A DNA stretch of 64,000 bases from Octopus vulgaris (GCA_951406725.2 OX597821.1:24676001-24740000), one strand, 5' to 3'; shown: positions 1 through 15,836, numbered from the stretch's first letter. Numbers and translations: made by a program. The notes: generated by a model not told the origin, from the sequence alone.

Positions 1-602
1 GGCGCGCCACAACCACTACCCTTGTCTCCCACCACCACCATCATTTAAACCACCACCACCTCACTTTCTCTCTCTCTCTTTCTCTCTCCCCCTACTCGCC
101 AGTCTACCACTGTAACCACCTCTATATCTGACACTACCACCACCACCACCACCGCTGCTACCGCCATTGCTAACTCTTTCACCTGCGAGTTTCAAGAAGT
201 TTCGTTTTGTTTTACTTCTTCCAAGACTTTTATCCTGCATCTTGATCTTTTAATGTCTTGCTGACACCTCCACCATTATGACTTCAACCACCACCATCAC
301 TACAAGTCCTACCACCACCACCACCATCACCACCACCGCCGCCACCACTTTCATCGTAACAACTTCGACTACACCTCCTTCCCTTCTATCCTTTATATAT
401 GTCTCCCTCTTAAACCTACTCCTTTCCCTCCACATTCTCCAAGTCTATATCTATCATCAACTTCCTCTCACCTATCTCTAACAACTTTACCCCCCTCTTA
501 TCTCTTTACCTCCCTTTACCAACACACTCTCCTTTCCTTCACCTATCACGGTCTATATCTATCTCCCTCTCATATATACATATACATAAATACATGCATA
601 TA

Positions 603-632
<30 letters not shown>

Positions 633-639
<7 letters not shown>

Positions 640-718
640 GCGCGCGTGTATACATGCATATATATGCGTGTGTATATATATATAGGCGCGCGTGTATACA
701 TGCATATATATGCGTGTG

Positions 719-749
<31 letters not shown>

Positions 750-850
750 TATATATAGGCGCGCGTGTATACATGCATATATAAGTGTGTGTATGTATAT
801 ATATATATATTATATAGGCGCGCGTGTATACATGTATACATGCATATATA
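633..850. repeat. Minisatellite, 4 copies of (TA)n-GGCGCGCGTGTATACATG
   Basis: GGCGCGCGTGTATACATG recurs at about 639, 685, 758 and 817, separated by variable (TA)n. Confidence 0.85.
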
Positions 851-909
<59 letters not shown>

Positions 910-2695
910 ATACATACATGTATGTATGTACGTACACACACGCATACATTTATATGTTGCGTTCTTTCGTCATCAGCATTCCTCCTCCCTCTCTTCAACG
1001 ATCACACTCTTTACAGTTATTCTCTTTCCCTCTCCTCTCCCTCTTTCACTTCCTTCTATCTTGTGTACCCGCCCGCCTCTCACTATCACCACGACTCACC
1101 AAATCTTTCTTCGTTTCCACTCCGACTTGGACTCCCTCTCTCCCTTTTTTTCACTCATCCTTTCTCTCTTTTCACAAATTATTTCTCTCCCACTCCTTGT
1201 TATCGTCATCATCCCCTGCCGTCCACACACACACACACACATTCAAAATCTTCTTTCACCCCAAGACATTTTCTTTCTTTCTTCCCCATCCTCAACACTA
1301 ATACTACAACTCCTACCACCACCACTGAACGCTTTGCTCCTCTCCCACCACTTACTCTTTACGTCTCTCCCCCTCTTCACTCTTCGCTTCTTAACGTCGC
1401 TTCTACCGCTCCTCACCCTCTACTACAACATCACCATCGATCTCTTCCCCCTCATTCCCACCATCAGTCAGTGCAGGCCTCCCTCTAACCACTACTCTTC
1501 ACTCTTATTACCCACCACATACTCTACCTTCGCCACCGCTCCACTATTTGTGTCTGTCCTTCCCGTTCCCTTGTTCTCTCCCCTTCTCTGCCTCAGCCTA
1601 CTCCTCACTATTATTGTTACAGACAGTTAGCTAGGATCAATGGTGCAGCGTTTGGTTAATAACTGGACATAGACTTCCACCACCACCTGCTACAACTACT
1701 ACTACTGTAACTATTGCTCCTACTACTCTCTTTCACTCACCTTCCCGCCGCCGCCGCCTTCGAGTCGCTTTACTACTCCTACTCCCCTTCACTACTCCCT
1801 CTCTCCTTCTCTTTCAGTTGTAGTTACAGTTCCTTCTACCCTTAATGACCACACTCTCACTTTCTCTCACTTCCTTTCTTTTCTTCGTTTTCCATCTCTT
1901 TCTTTTCCTTTCTTCATCTCTCACCCTTCGTCTCCCTCACTTCCCTTTCTCAGCTGCAATTTCGGCTACCGTTTCTGATTTTTCTCTTTCTCTCTCTCCT
2001 TCTTCCTCTCTCTCTCTCTCGCTCACTCATTCGATGACTCTCTCCTTCACTCATTCTGTTCCTTTCCCTCTCTCTCTCTCTCTCTTAGTTTCTTCTATTC
2101 ACCATCGTCGCAAGCTATTTTCCTGTTCTCATACTTCCTCCCTCTCTTCCTCCATCGTCTTTTCTCCACTTAGGCGTCATCCTCCCGCCGTCACCTTCCT
2201 TTAACTCCCTTTTCTTTTCTCTTTTTCTGTTTCTGTTTTCCCATCATCCTTCATTTTTCCGTCGTCTGCTTCAATGAATAACACCTCTTTACCTTTATTT
2301 TGAATAACCGCTCTTACTATATATATATATATATATATATGTCTATGCATGTGTATATATTTATATAGACATACTTTGTATATTTACACATAAATCTGTA
2401 TTCATAGGTATATGCAAATGTGTGCGCGTGTATATGTAGTAAATATAGGGGTGCTTTACATATACACAAATCATATATATATATATATATATATATATGA
2501 ATGTATGTATGTGTGAATGGAGTGTGCATGTCCACGTGTACTCGCGTGCGCGCGTGCGCATGTGTGTGTACGTGTACGCGTATGTGTATGCTTAAATACA
2601 AATATACAGGTGTTTATGCGGATGTAGATAAAAGTCTACTTTTCACACATTAATTTTATATGTCTATATATATGTGTGCGTATGTATGCATGTGC

Positions 2696-2739
<44 letters not shown>

Positions 2740-3219
2740 TATATAAGTTACACACACACACATAACAGGCACACGTAGTATAGAGGTGCACATGTGTTTA
2801 CGGCGAAATTCCCCACCATCACAGTCACGCCCCCCAAGTCATAATAGCGACCCCTATCTTGCTTCACGTCCATCCACGTCCCTCCCTTAATACCGACCCC
2901 TATCCAATCATCCCTATTCCCCCATACAAAAGACCCCTATATCCCCGCCCCACCATATCAAACTTTTTTCCTACTTCTACGACAGACTTAAAACTTTTCT
3001 TGTTAATTAATCTTTTGTTTTCTTTCTGTTGCTGCAGTTGAATCTACTGTTGCAAGTGTTATTGCTGTTGTTACTCTTGTTGTTGTTAAGTTGTTATTGT
3101 TGTTCGTGTTGATTTTTTTTTTTATTTTGTTACTAATGTTGTTATTCACATAGTTAATATTGGTGTAATTGCTGTTATTGTTTGTCATTATTATTATTAA
3201 TAGGTTAATAGAGGTGGAT

Positions 3220-3808
3220 TACAGCGATGAACTAGCAGAATCGTTAGCACGCCAGGCAAAATGTTTAGTGACAGTTGGTCCGTCTTCACGTTCTGAGTTC
3301 AAATTCCGCTGAGGTCCACTTTGCTTTTCAGAGTCGATAAAATATGGACCAGTTGAGTACTAGGGTCGATGTAATCCACTTACTCCCTCACTCGAAATTT
3401 CTGACCTTGTGCCAAAATTTTGAAACCATTAACAGAGAAGCAACGAACTGGCAGAATCGTTTTGGTCTTCGGACAAAACGTTTTAGTGGTATTTCTTCTG
3501 ACTTTTTACATTTTGAGTTGGCCTTTCATTCTTTCGGGATCGATAAAAATAAGTACCAATCGAATACTAATTGTGCTGAACGAAGTCGGAAATTATGAGT
3601 AGAGAGTTGGATTAAGGTGATGAGCTGAAAGAATCGTTGGTCCAAAAAACGTCTAATGGCATTCTTCCCTACTTCTGAGTTCAAATCCAACCGAGCTCAA
3701 TTTTGCTTTTGGGATTGATAAAATAAAGTATCACTCAAGTATTGGTGTCGATGTAATCTACAAACTCATAGCCCTTAAAACTGCTGGCTTGTATCAAAAT
3801 TTGAAACA
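3220..3808 (+). mobile_element. Three head-to-tail decayed copies of tRNA-derived SINE type A
   Basis: Repeated motifs GCAGAATCGTTAG...TTCTGAGTTCAAAT (B-box-like)...GTCGATAAAA...TTGTGCCAAAATTTGAAAC at about 3220-3428, 3430-3570 and 3615-3808, matching the cleaner copy at 10092. Confidence 0.8.
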
Positions 3809-4009
3809 AGTATATATACATACATAAATATAATGTTATACATAATCAAGGAAAAAATCTATATAGGATTTTATCAAGTAGTTAGCTTGTAATAAAATAT
3901 TTTGTTAAAAACTGATACAAAGTATTTAATTATTATAAATAAATCAATATATATCTATATATACACATATACATACATACATACATACATACCTATATAT
4001 ATATGTATG

Positions 4010-4053
<44 letters not shown>

Positions 4054-4158
4054 AATATATATGTAAATATATGTATATATATATATATATATATTGATAA
4101 AACGGTAAGATAACAAAAGAAAGAAAGAGACCTCAATATTATGTAAATAGAGGAAATT

Positions 4159-4204
4159 TATCTATACAATATGTTACATTACCGAGTAATGTAACATATT
4201 GTAT

Positions 4205-4209
<5 letters not shown>
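4159..4209. repeat. Perfect hairpin, 24 bp arms, 3 nt loop
   Basis: TATCTATACAATATGTTACATTAC-CGA-GTAATGTAACATATTGTATAGATA. Confidence 0.9.
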
Positions 4210-4239
<30 letters not shown>

Positions 4240-4256
4240 CATATATATATAAATAC

Positions 4257-4313
<57 letters not shown>

Positions 4314-4377
4314 TAGATATACAAATATATATATATGAATATATATACAAATATATACATATAAATATATATAAATG

Positions 4378-4409
<32 letters not shown>

Positions 4410-4424
4410 AACATATATATACAA

Positions 4425-4455
<31 letters not shown>

Positions 4456-4740
4456 CAAATATATATAAATATATATATATAAATTTATATATATATAAAT
4501 ATATAAATATATATATCAATATATATATATAAATATATATATATATCAATATATATGTATATATATATGTGTATATATATATATATGACTATATAAATAT
4601 ATATATAAATATATATATATAAATATATATATGTAAATATATATATAAATATATATATATGAATATATATATATATACATACATATATACATACACATAT
4701 ATATACATATATAAATAAATGTATATATACATATATATAT

Positions 4741-4800
<60 letters not shown>

Positions 4801-4877
4801 TATATACATTTCTATTTACACATATATGTATGCACATATAGAAATATAGATATAGAAATAGATATATAAATATATAT

Positions 4878-4914
<37 letters not shown>

Positions 4915-4964
4915 CATACACACACACACACATATATATATATTAAAAAATGAATAGGTAGCTG

Positions 4965-5300
4965 TTGTGTCTGGGGAGATTTTTTTTCTTTTGTGCCTTA
5001 TAATTTAACACACTCACCAGTAAAATTTCCACTTCTTTCTTATTTTCATTTTCCTAAAAATTTTCGTTGCGTCTTGCAACCTTTTTGAACAATCTTGAAG
5101 AGAGTCAAGACTATTGAAAAGGTTGCAAGCCGCAACGAAAATTTTAGGAAAATAGAAATAAGAAAGAAGTGGAAATTTTACTGGTGAGTGTGTTAAATTA
5201 TAAGGCACAAAAAGAAAATGACTCTCCCCAGACACAAGAGAATATGCTTCAACACACGAACTCATATAAAGAATCTTGCAAACCAAATCCAAAAAACGGA
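4965..5300. mobile_element. Fold-back (palindromic) element with degenerate hammerhead-like motif, copy 1
   Basis: Imperfect inverted arms from about 4965 to 5237, centred near 5101 (TCTTGA-agagag-TCAAGA). TTGAAAAG-GTTGC-aagcc-GCAAC-GAAA at 5114-5140. Same family as 7735-8045. Confidence 0.75.
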
Positions 5301-5341
5301 ATAGATAATTTTTCTGATAACTTTTCCACTTTAATAATTGT

Positions 5342-5398
<57 letters not shown>

Positions 5399-5989
5399 TG
5401 TATGTGTTTGTGTGTGTGTGTATGCGTGTGCGGCTTTGTGTTTATGTTTGATCCCACCAACGTTTCACTACTGGTGTTGGCTTCCTTGTATTTCCGTAAG
5501 CTAGCGGTTCGACTAAAGAGATCGATATGTACCAGACTTTAAAACAAACACATATGCGGATTTGTTACATTAAGCCCTTCAAGGATATGGCTGCCATTCA
5601 ATGAGTGAAACAAATAAAATATAAATAATAATTATTAGGGAAATTAATTAAGAGTCTCAGAGTTAAGCACAATAATTTGCAGTCCTTTTCCAGTCCGAAA
5701 TACAACGAGATCAATCACGTATTTCAAACTTCCGGTATTGACAAGAAGTGCGACTAGTTAAATACTAAAGCCGATATATATTCAAATGTACACTTCCTCA
5801 GATTTGTGCCCTTGTGTTTCTGTAATATTTTTGTCCATTTATATGCCTGTTTTTTTTTTTGTTTTGTTTTGTTTTTGTTATTTTCCTTCGCGATTTAATA
5901 TAGCTCTAGCCTACCCTGGCAGTGTCCTTCATCCATCGCCTTTTTTGCAGCAACTAAGGATTATTATTAGTAGTAATAGTAATAGTAGT

Positions 5990-6435
5990 AAGGTGGCAAG
6001 TTGGCAAAATAGTTAGCGCGGCGGTCAAAAATGCTTAGCGGCATTTCGTCCGTCCATATGTTCTGAGTTCAAATGCTGCTGAGATCGACTTTGCCTTTTA
6101 GCATTTCGAGATCGATAAAATAAGTATCAGTTGGATAATGGGTCGATGAAATCGACTTACTCCTTTCTCCGAAATTGCTGGCCTTGTGCCAAAATTTGAA
6201 CTCACTGTTGTTGTTATTCAGGCAGTAAGCTGGCAGCATCATTAGCCCTTCATCTTTTCGAGATCGACAAAATAAGTACCAGTTAAGTACTAGAGTCGAT
6301 GTAATCGACTTAGCTCCTTCTCCAAAATTACCGGCCTTGTGCCAAAATTTGAAACCATTGTTATAATTGTTATAGCTATTAAGGCATCGAGTTAGCAGAA
6401 TCGTTAATACACTTCGCGGTATTTCTTCCGACATT
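5990..6435 (+). mobile_element. Tandem SINE type A copies
   Basis: AAGGTGGCAAGTTGGCAAAATAGTTAGC head, TTCTGAGTTCAAAT, and TTGTGCCAAAATTTGAA tails at about 6200 and 6355. Confidence 0.8.
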
Positions 6436-6665
6436 TCGGCAGAATTAATCAATTATAAATATCACTTTCTTTTCAGTCACTGTGATTACGCAAGAGTAAG
6501 CATATATATATATATGAATTAATAAAAGGAGTTCCAACCTTGTCTGATTTTTACGTTTTATTTACAATCTTATAATGATATAATATAAGATAATATAATA
6601 TAATAAAATAATAGAATGTTAAATGTTCAATCTGATTGAACGAATAGTCCTAAAAAGGACTACCC

Positions 6666-6947
<282 letters not shown>

Positions 6948-7044
6948 ATTGAGGTTATGAGAATTCTTTTTTTTTTTATAAAACTTTTGAGAGAACATAA
7001 ACTAATTCTTTTTGGGAATATCTCGAAACACAAAGCTATAAACA

Positions 7045-7250
7045 ATCCTTTCTACAATAGGGAGACAAGGCCTGAAATTCGGTAGGAGGTAGATAGTCGA
7101 ACCCAGTACTCGACTGGTACTGATTACATAGATTACTGAAAGGGATAAAAGGAAAAGTCATCCCGGCGGAAATTGAACTCAGAACGAACAGGGAGGAGAA
7201 ATGCCGCAAATGATTTTTGTCAGGCGCTCTAGCGGTCCTGCCAGCTTGCA
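7045..7250 (-). mobile_element. SINE type A, decayed
   Basis: Reverse-complement motifs ACAAGGCCTGAAATT...TTGAACTCAGAAC...CTGCCAGCTTGC. Confidence 0.7.
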
Positions 7251-7338
7251 GTCTTACATAAATCTATACATTAATTACATGCAAATTTTGGGAGGAAAAC
7301 CCTTTCGGATACAAAAAAAAAAAAATCAAAGGCTGCAC

Positions 7339-7381
<43 letters not shown>

Positions 7382-7503
7382 CGCGCGTATATTTGCGTGT
7401 GTACATACATACATACATACATACATACATGTAGAAACATATATATGCAAATGTGTGTGTTGGTGTGTGTGTACGTATGTGTATATGTATGTATGTATGT
7501 ATG

Positions 7504-7570
<67 letters not shown>

Positions 7571-7734
7571 ACGCATATTTATGCGTATTTACGGCTATAC
7601 AGGGGAAAGATATATCAAACCATTAACTTGGGACAGTTAACGTATCTATAATATAATTTTGTCATAAAAATAAGATATGCTTTTCATATTTACGGTTCTT
7701 CAACTACATTTAACTGTATTTCTTTTAAACATCG

Positions 7735-8045
7735 AATATAATTCGTTTTTGGATTTGGTTTGCAAGATTCTTTATGTGAGTTCGTGTGTTGAAGCATATT
7801 CTGTTGTGTCACACCCTCACCGGTAAAATTTCCACTTCTTTCTTATTTTTATTTTCCTAAAATTTTTGTTGCGTCTTGTAATCTTTTCAATAGTCTTGAA
7901 AAGAGTCAAGACTACTGAAAAGGTTGCAAAACGCAACGAAAATTTTAGGAAAATGAAATTAAGAAATAAGTGTAAATTTTACCGGTGAGTGTGTTAAATT
8001 ATAAGCCACAAAAGGAAAATGACTCTCCCCAGACACAATCGAATA
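7735..8045. mobile_element. Fold-back element, copy 2 (same family as 4965-5300)
   Basis: Same palindromic arms and TCTTGA...TCAAGA centre. CTGAAAAG-GTTGC-aaaac-GCAAC-GAAA at 7915-7941. 7735-7810 is the reverse complement of 5230-5300. Confidence 0.75.
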
Positions 8046-8184
8046 TAACATTTACATATGGCATTATCTTAAATGTTATGCGTTTAATTTAGTTGCTACA
8101 GTTCTTGTTTAGCCCAAGGACTGACCTCTTTGACTTACTTCAGATCAAAGTTATTCAGGCTTCTTCTTATAACATTGTCTTTCA

Positions 8185-8393
8185 TCTTTTACTTGTTTCA
8201 GTCATTGAACTGCAGCCATGCTGGAGCACTGCCTACAAGAATGTTTAGCCGAATGAATCGACCATAGTACATTTTTTAAAGTCTGGTCTCTTTTGCCGAA
8301 CCACTACGTGTTGGGACGTAAATACACCATCACCGGTTGTCAAGCGGTAGTGGAGGACAAACGAACACAAAGACATCTTCCCTCCACATACAT

Positions 8394-8426
<33 letters not shown>

Positions 8427-8683
8427 TCCATACACATATACATGTATATATGTGTGTGCGTGTGTGTGTGTGTGAGTGTGTATGTGTATGCGTGTGTATG
8501 TATTTGTGTGTGTGTGTGCTGTGTCGGGCTTCTTTCAGTTTCCGTCTATCAAATCAACTCACAAGGCTTTGGTCAGCCTGAAGCTATAGTAGAAGATACT
8601 TGCCTAAGATTTCATACATTGGACTGAACCCGAAACCATATGGTTAGGATTGAAGCTTCTAACCACACAGACACCTACGCCTA
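8185..8683 (-). mobile_element. tRNA-derived CORE-type SINE type B, older copy
   Basis: CTTTTACTTGTTTCAGTCATT...CTTCTTTCAGTTTCCGTCTA...ACTTGCCTAAG...ACCACACAG, as in the copy at 8810. Confidence 0.8.
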
Positions 8684-8809
8684 TACTACACTTGGGTTAC
8701 ATTTTACTTATTTCTTTCCTTTTGAGATGCTAGGGTGTCATTTCAGGAATTTTCGTTGCTACTTTTTGTAAACCAAATGACCACATATTGTTTTTTTTCA
8801 TTGCTCTCT

Positions 8810-9208
8810 TACTCTTACTCTTTTACTTGTTTCAGTCATTTGACTGCGGCCATACTGGAGCACCATCTTTAATCGAGCAACTCGACCCCGGGACTTATTC
8901 TTTGTAAGCCCAGTACTTATTCTATCGGTCTCTTTGCCGAACCGCTAGGTGACGGGGACATAAACACACCAGCATCAGTTGTCAAGCAATGCTAGGGGGA
9001 CAAACACAGACACACAAACACATATATTTATATATACATATATACGACAGGCTTCTTTCAGTTTCCGTCTACCAAATCCACTCACAAGGCATTGGTCGGC
9101 CCGGGGCTATAGCAGAAGACACTTGCTCAAGGTGCCACGCAGTGGGATTGAACTCGGAACCATGTGGCTGATTAGCAAGCTACTTACCACACAGCCACTC
9201 CTGCGCCT
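8810..9208 (-). mobile_element. CORE-type SINE type B, full length
   Basis: Minus strand reads AGGCGCAGGAGTGGCTGTGTGGTAAG (A box)...GAGTTCAATCCC (B box)...CACCTTGAGCAAGTGTCTT (CORE-like), then an internal (CA/TA)n and a (AAGAGT)n tail. Confidence 0.9.
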
Positions 9209-9244
9209 ATATTTTATATACACTGCTGTCTATATTTTATATTG

Positions 9245-9662
9245 TCTGTGGGTGTGTGGTAAGAAATTTGCACCATAACCACGCAGTTCCGGTTTCAATC
9301 TCACTGCGTGGCCTTACGCAAGTGTCTTCTGCTATAGCCTCGGGTCGACCAAAGCCTTGTTGGTAGATTCGCAAAACGGAAGCTGAAAGAAACCCGTCGT
9401 ATATATACATACATACATACGTACGTACGTGCATGTGTGTATATGTGTGTGTGTATGTGTGTGTGTGTTCCCCACCTAGCTTCACAAACAGTGTTGGTTT
9501 GTTTGCGTCACCATAACTCAGTAGTGCAGCAAAAGGCTTCGCTAGAATAAATACCAGGTTTTGAAAATGGGTACTGGGGACGATTCGTTCAACCAAAACC
9601 CTTCAGCGCGGACCTCTTGTATGGGCGTAGTCCAATGAACGAAACAAGTAAAAGGTAAAAGA
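9245..9662 (+). mobile_element. CORE-type SINE type B, older copy, opposite orientation to the 8810 copy
   Basis: GTGTGTGGTAAG...CAAGTGTCTTCTGCTATAGCCTCGGG...GAAACAAGTAAAAG. Confidence 0.8.
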
Positions 9663-9904
9663 TATGACATATTATCTGCGTGTATGTGTGTGTTTGGCTG
9701 TACATATGTGTATGTTTGTAGATGTGTATGTATATGTGAGGCACGACTATTTGTATCTGTGTATAAATGTGTGTGTGTGTGTGTATATCTTTATAGTTGG
9801 AGATGACATCAGCGGTGATCTTACCTATGTAAGCAAAAATTGTTAACCATCAAAATAAGGTGTGAGTAATAACAACAGCAATAATTTATTATTGGTAATA
9901 GTAG

Positions 9905-9936
<32 letters not shown>

Positions 9937-9937
9937 T

Positions 9938-10423
<486 letters not shown>

Positions 10424-11843
10424 TCGCGGGATCTGGGATGTGGTAGAAGTGTTTCTGCTAACGCTGATGATGTCGCCGTCATAATGTCGAGCCACAAGCA
10501 TATAGACCTCATTGGCGAAACACTACAAGGATATGAGGCGGTGACAGGAACGAAAATTAACGTGGAAAAGTCAGTGGGCTTACAACTCCGTACCTGGAGA
10601 GGCAAGTCCATGCCGTCGAGCAACATCGTGGGGAGTTTGACAGACGCTCTCGTTAAGTTGCTCTGAGTCTGATTTGGTCCGGATTTGGGACGAGGTGACG
10701 AGCAGGGTAGCTAATCTCACCCAGAAATGGGTCGAGAGGAAGCTATCCCTGAAAGGTCAAGCGGAGGTGGTGAATGCGTACACCACATCCGTCATCTATT
10801 ACCGCTTGATCGTCGTCCCTTGCCCCGTTTGCTTGTTGACCAAGCTGGTGCGTTTACTCTTCCGCTTTCTGTGGAAGGGGCGCGTTCTCTGGTCAGGCGC
10901 TCCATCTGCTGTCAACTGCCGCTAAATGGAGGGCTGGGCAAGCCGTGGCTACTGATGCGGTGAGCAGGTATGGTCACCGTTTGTAAGAAACTCTTTTCTA
11001 CAGCTCATCTCTTTGACTGAGCTGCAATCCTGGATTAGGCGTAGACCAAGGAGCGCTTGGCACCTCGAGTGTCGTCAAGCGCTCACAGCCCTCCACCAGG
11101 CGGGCAATGCGGTCGGTGATAGTTCTACTCTAGCGTTCTATAGAGGGCTAGCGGAAGTAAAGTGCGTCGACGTTGTCGGGGAAAGGCTGGGCGTCGATGA
11201 GGATCAACTGACCGGTCTGTTTCCGAGAACTTTCGGGCCTGAGCCTATGGATAACTTGGAGAAATGCCTTGCCTGGTAGTGCTACAGAGTGGTACTGCCC
11301 GTTCGGGATAAACTTTACAGGCACGGAAGTGCCATCAGCCGGGCCTGCCCGAGGTGGGCCCAGAATGATGAAGCCGTTTTGCACGCCCTAGTCCACTGCC
11401 TGAGTATTGCTGACTTGTGGGTTCATGTCGAACACCTGCTGTCGCGTGTAGGACGGATCCGACTATCAGCTGAATCCATTGTGAAGATTGTTCCGCCGTC
11501 CTCATTTAGCCGAGAGGGGCAGGAAATTTTTTTTTGTCTAGTGGCTGTAGCGAAATATGTGGCACTTGGTGAAGAATGGAGTTTGATATGGTGAACTCGT
11601 TTGAAAGGGCTAAAGACAGACACTTTCCTCTTTAACCAAGTCCTCATCAACTTTTTCAAGTTTCACTTGAAAAGGAAGTTGGGGGTGGAGAGGGAAGTTT
11701 GTTGAAAGGTGGGTGAATGTTGGAAGAATGGCCAGTGTGAATGGACCAATTCTGAGCATGCACCTGTGAAAAATTAAAGGAGAAGGGCTCTTGCCCTGTT
11801 GATCAGGCACCCGTAGATTTTGTGGGTTTTCCACGAGGACCTT
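10424..11843 (+). mobile_element. 5'-truncated, decayed Tx1/L1-clade LINE (RT C-half and C-terminal zinc finger)
   Basis: SANADDVAV (YADD remnant), YEAVTGTKINVEKS, WVERKLSLKGQ, GGLG and ACPRWAQNDEAVLHALVHC. Many stops and frameshifts. Homologous to 53.0-54.4 kb. Confidence 0.9.
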
Positions 11844-13157
11844 AAAGCGGAATTTGAACCCGGAACGTAGAGACGTACGAAATGCTGCTAAGCATTTTGC
11901 TCCGCATGCTGACGATCCTGCCAGCACTCCACCATAACAACAACAACAACAATAATAATATCTAACAAAGCCACAAAACTACAAGTGTAGAAGGGATGGC
12001 ATGCCAATCAGATAAACTTGATTGATACTTATTTTATAGAGCCCTGAAGTACAAAAGTAGAAGTCGACATATCCAACTTTCAACCAATTCTGGCACCTCT
12101 ATGATCTTAAGCAAAAAACTGAAATACAGATTTTCTTCCTTTTTACTTTTCTATATTTCTTTGATGTTGAACCACCGTATGAAGCGTCGAACTTTTCTCT
12201 ATTTCTTCCTATCATTGTAAAATCAGATATTTTGTACTATATGTGCTTGTTCATTTTACTTGAATTGTTTTGGTTATTTCAGTAACTATTTCACTGGACA
12301 GAGTAAAGGACAACGGGATCAAAAAAAAAAAATTCTAAATCATCTCTTGGCTAACAAATTTACATAGTGCCCAAAATACACTTCCTCCTGTTACGCATTC
12401 TCATTCAAAACACAATATAATAATGCAACTTACACAGACATGTTGTACATAGTCACCTCCAAAATTACACCCAATTATTCCGAATATTTATGACACAGCT
12501 CACACGTTAGACGACTGTCCCCCTATATTATAACACAACTTGTACGTCACAAATTCTGCACAAGCAATTCAAAATACAATGATACATTTCACACACTACA
12601 TATTCTATATCTTCATCCGCACCGATGTCACCGGTGAAAACTGAAAAGGGTGAAAGACTGCTATATTTTGATTATCTTCTCGAAACTGGATACCCCAAAG
12701 CCTTCCGTGAGAATTTTCGGTTTCATCCGAACCATGAAATTTGTTAAATTAGCCGATGCAATCAACTGTACTCTCCCACGAAAGTCAGCAATAATCTACC
12801 CTCCAAGTGGTCCAACTATCCATTCCCTGTGTACTATATGAGTGCAGTATTTTTGTTGTCCTCCTTATTTCTCCAGCAACTAACGTTTTCACTTTAGATT
12901 ACTTTGAAGAACAAACGCTCCAGAAGATGGTTACCTTTTGTAAGGGACTTCTAGCCTCCTGGATGCATTTAGTTTGGGCTCCCATAACTTCTTGTTCGAC
13001 TTCAGTCATTAGTACTAGTGACATGTATGCTATACATGTGTGAGTGTGTATATTCTTATGTATACACGCATATATTTATATACGTGTGTAAATATACATG
13101 CACATATATAAGCATTTGAATGCATATAAATACATGAATAGGTATAAATTTGCACAC

Positions 13158-13245
<88 letters not shown>

Positions 13246-13261
13246 GCATGAACGTATGAAT

Positions 13262-13566
13262 TAAGGTGCGTGGATTAGTGGTTAGGGTATTCGGCTCACG
13301 ATCGTAAGATCATGAGTTTAATCTCTGGCGTTGTATCTTTGAGCAAGACACTTTTTTTTTATATTGCTCCAGTCCAATCAACTAGCAAAAATCTACCTGT
13401 ACTTCAAAGAGCCAGCCATGACATTGTGTATCATGCTGAATCTACTTCAGAACTGCATTGAGGTGCATGTGTTTGTGGAGTATTCAGCCACTTGAATGTC
13501 AATTTCACGAGCAGACTGAGCCGTTGATTGGATCAAATGGAACTCTCGTCGTCGTAATCGAGGGAT
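13262..13566 (+). mobile_element. tRNA-derived SINE type D (V/CORE-like)
   Basis: GGTGCGTGGATTAGTGGTTAGGG...TCTTTGAGCAAGACACTTT...TTGCTCCAGTCC...AATTTCACGAGCAG...CTCGTCGTCGTAATCG. Same family as 28003. Confidence 0.75.
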
Positions 13567-13699
13567 GTATTTATGTATATTTACATATATATAATATTTA
13601 TTTACACATACATTATATATACGTAGAGGAATCTATATATTTATGTAATAAACACGTAAGTACATCTTATATTTCTCTCTTTATCTCTGTATTTAAAAA

Positions 13700-14129
<430 letters not shown>

Positions 14130-14339
14130 GCGTGCGTGTGTGTGTGTCTGTGTGTAACAGAGTTATTACCGAGAGGAAATTTTAAATGGCGATAAGGGCC
14201 ATCCTAAGTAAAAAGCTGTGCATAGAAGACGTATGCTGCAACTGTGAGTACTTCCTCCGTTTCCCAGTAAAGTAGAAAGAAAGTGACACCTCTCTCTCTC
14301 TCTCTCTCTCTTTTCAATTGGAGATTACTTATTTCCTTG

Positions 14340-14800
14340 AACGAGGTGTTAGCAGATGAGTAGTCCTACGTGTCCTTAGTCCAGGATAGAGAATATAGAA
14401 ATATCCGGCTGGCTTTTTAGACCGAGAATCAAGAGCAAAGTCAAGTTGAATGTGTGCATCACGGGTTTTACGATCATGGGTTTCAAGAAAACGAGGTTAA
14501 CGGCTAGAGATATTCGGCTCTTAGCTTGTCGTTACCTTTGCACAAAATTGGGGATATCTGAACGAGAAACTACCAACAATATGTGAACAGGTGAGGTTTG
14601 CATGGATTTCTAGGTCTTAGTGATGCCCGACGACCACAAAGCTATCCCAGAGCGAATATCAAATAGACTGATGGGAGAGCAAAATACTCGATTGCTAAAC
14701 GTGTGGTGATAAAGATCACTTGAATACCTTGAATGCCTTCTGTCTAGAAGAAGAAGGAAAACAAAATTTAAAATAATGGGTAACAGAAATGCAGAGCTAG
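14340..14800 (+). pseudogene. Highly decayed Tx1-like LINE ORF1 fragment
   Basis: Across frames, YVSLVQDREYRNIRLAF / MGFKKTRLTARDI / DGRAK...CGDKDHL align by eye with the ORF1 at 55.9-56.4 kb (YVARGRQYGAISVIL / MRKITVRVRIPRI / EGKRSHCFVCGETTHL). Confidence 0.45.
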
Positions 14801-15698
14801 CAGAGAAGTCAGCAACAGTTCTCAAAAAAGAAAAGAAACAAAAAAACACACAAACGCCGCTACGACTGCTATCAGAGCCTCACTGTTCTCTGCTTTAAGG
14901 ATAACCAGAGCAGAACCAAGCAAGATTGCTGTATCTTCAGTGTCACTAGTACTATGGGCGGAAGACAAGCAAGAAATCATGGGTGCTCCTTCTCCAAGAA
15001 AAGGATTGGACAAAAAATATAAGCAAAATACCATTCCATTCTCTTGTGTCGTAAATGTTAAAATAAGGAAGGAGCAATTATTATTGTAATTAGCCCGTTA
15101 TTATTGATATTATCTCTCCTTTTATAGAGGGTATACCAATTGCTAGGTAGCAACTGGTACCAACACCAGATGAGAAGAGATAATCTCAAGAATTCTCCCA
15201 ATTTGATATATAATTAAGGAAAAGAGGGTCGGACTGCCTGGAGATAAGTGTTCATCTGCTTCTTTTTCAATAAGGCCAACGGCACAGTACTTATCCTACA
15301 TTACCACCATTACATGAGGCACTTAAACGTATACTATGAGAGGAGAACACCTTTATGGCAGAGGTCATTTCCTCAAATGAAACGAAAGTGAGACAGACTT
15401 AGGCGCACGGATACAGGCACTCACGCACGTATGCACACACACACACACACACATAAACACAAACACATACACACACATACTAGTATACACACACGAACAC
15501 ACACACATACACGCACGCACTTATACAGTAGGGTTCCATGCATTTCCATCTACCAAATACTGCTTACAAAAATTTGGTCAATATAAGCTATGGTAGAAAA
15601 TAATTGCCCAAGCTGTTGCTCCGTACGCGGGGATCGAATCTACAGCTATACAACTACAAATCGAAACTCATTAATCATCTATCTATCTAACTAGCTAG

Positions 15699-15772
<74 letters not shown>

Positions 15773-15775
15773 GGA

Positions 15776-15836
<61 letters not shown>

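Noticed and set aside
646-2204. Long ORFs of 280, 268, 149 and 119 aa
   Set aside because: They are translations of (TA)/(TG) repeats and pyrimidine-rich low-complexity sequence, with no domain signal.
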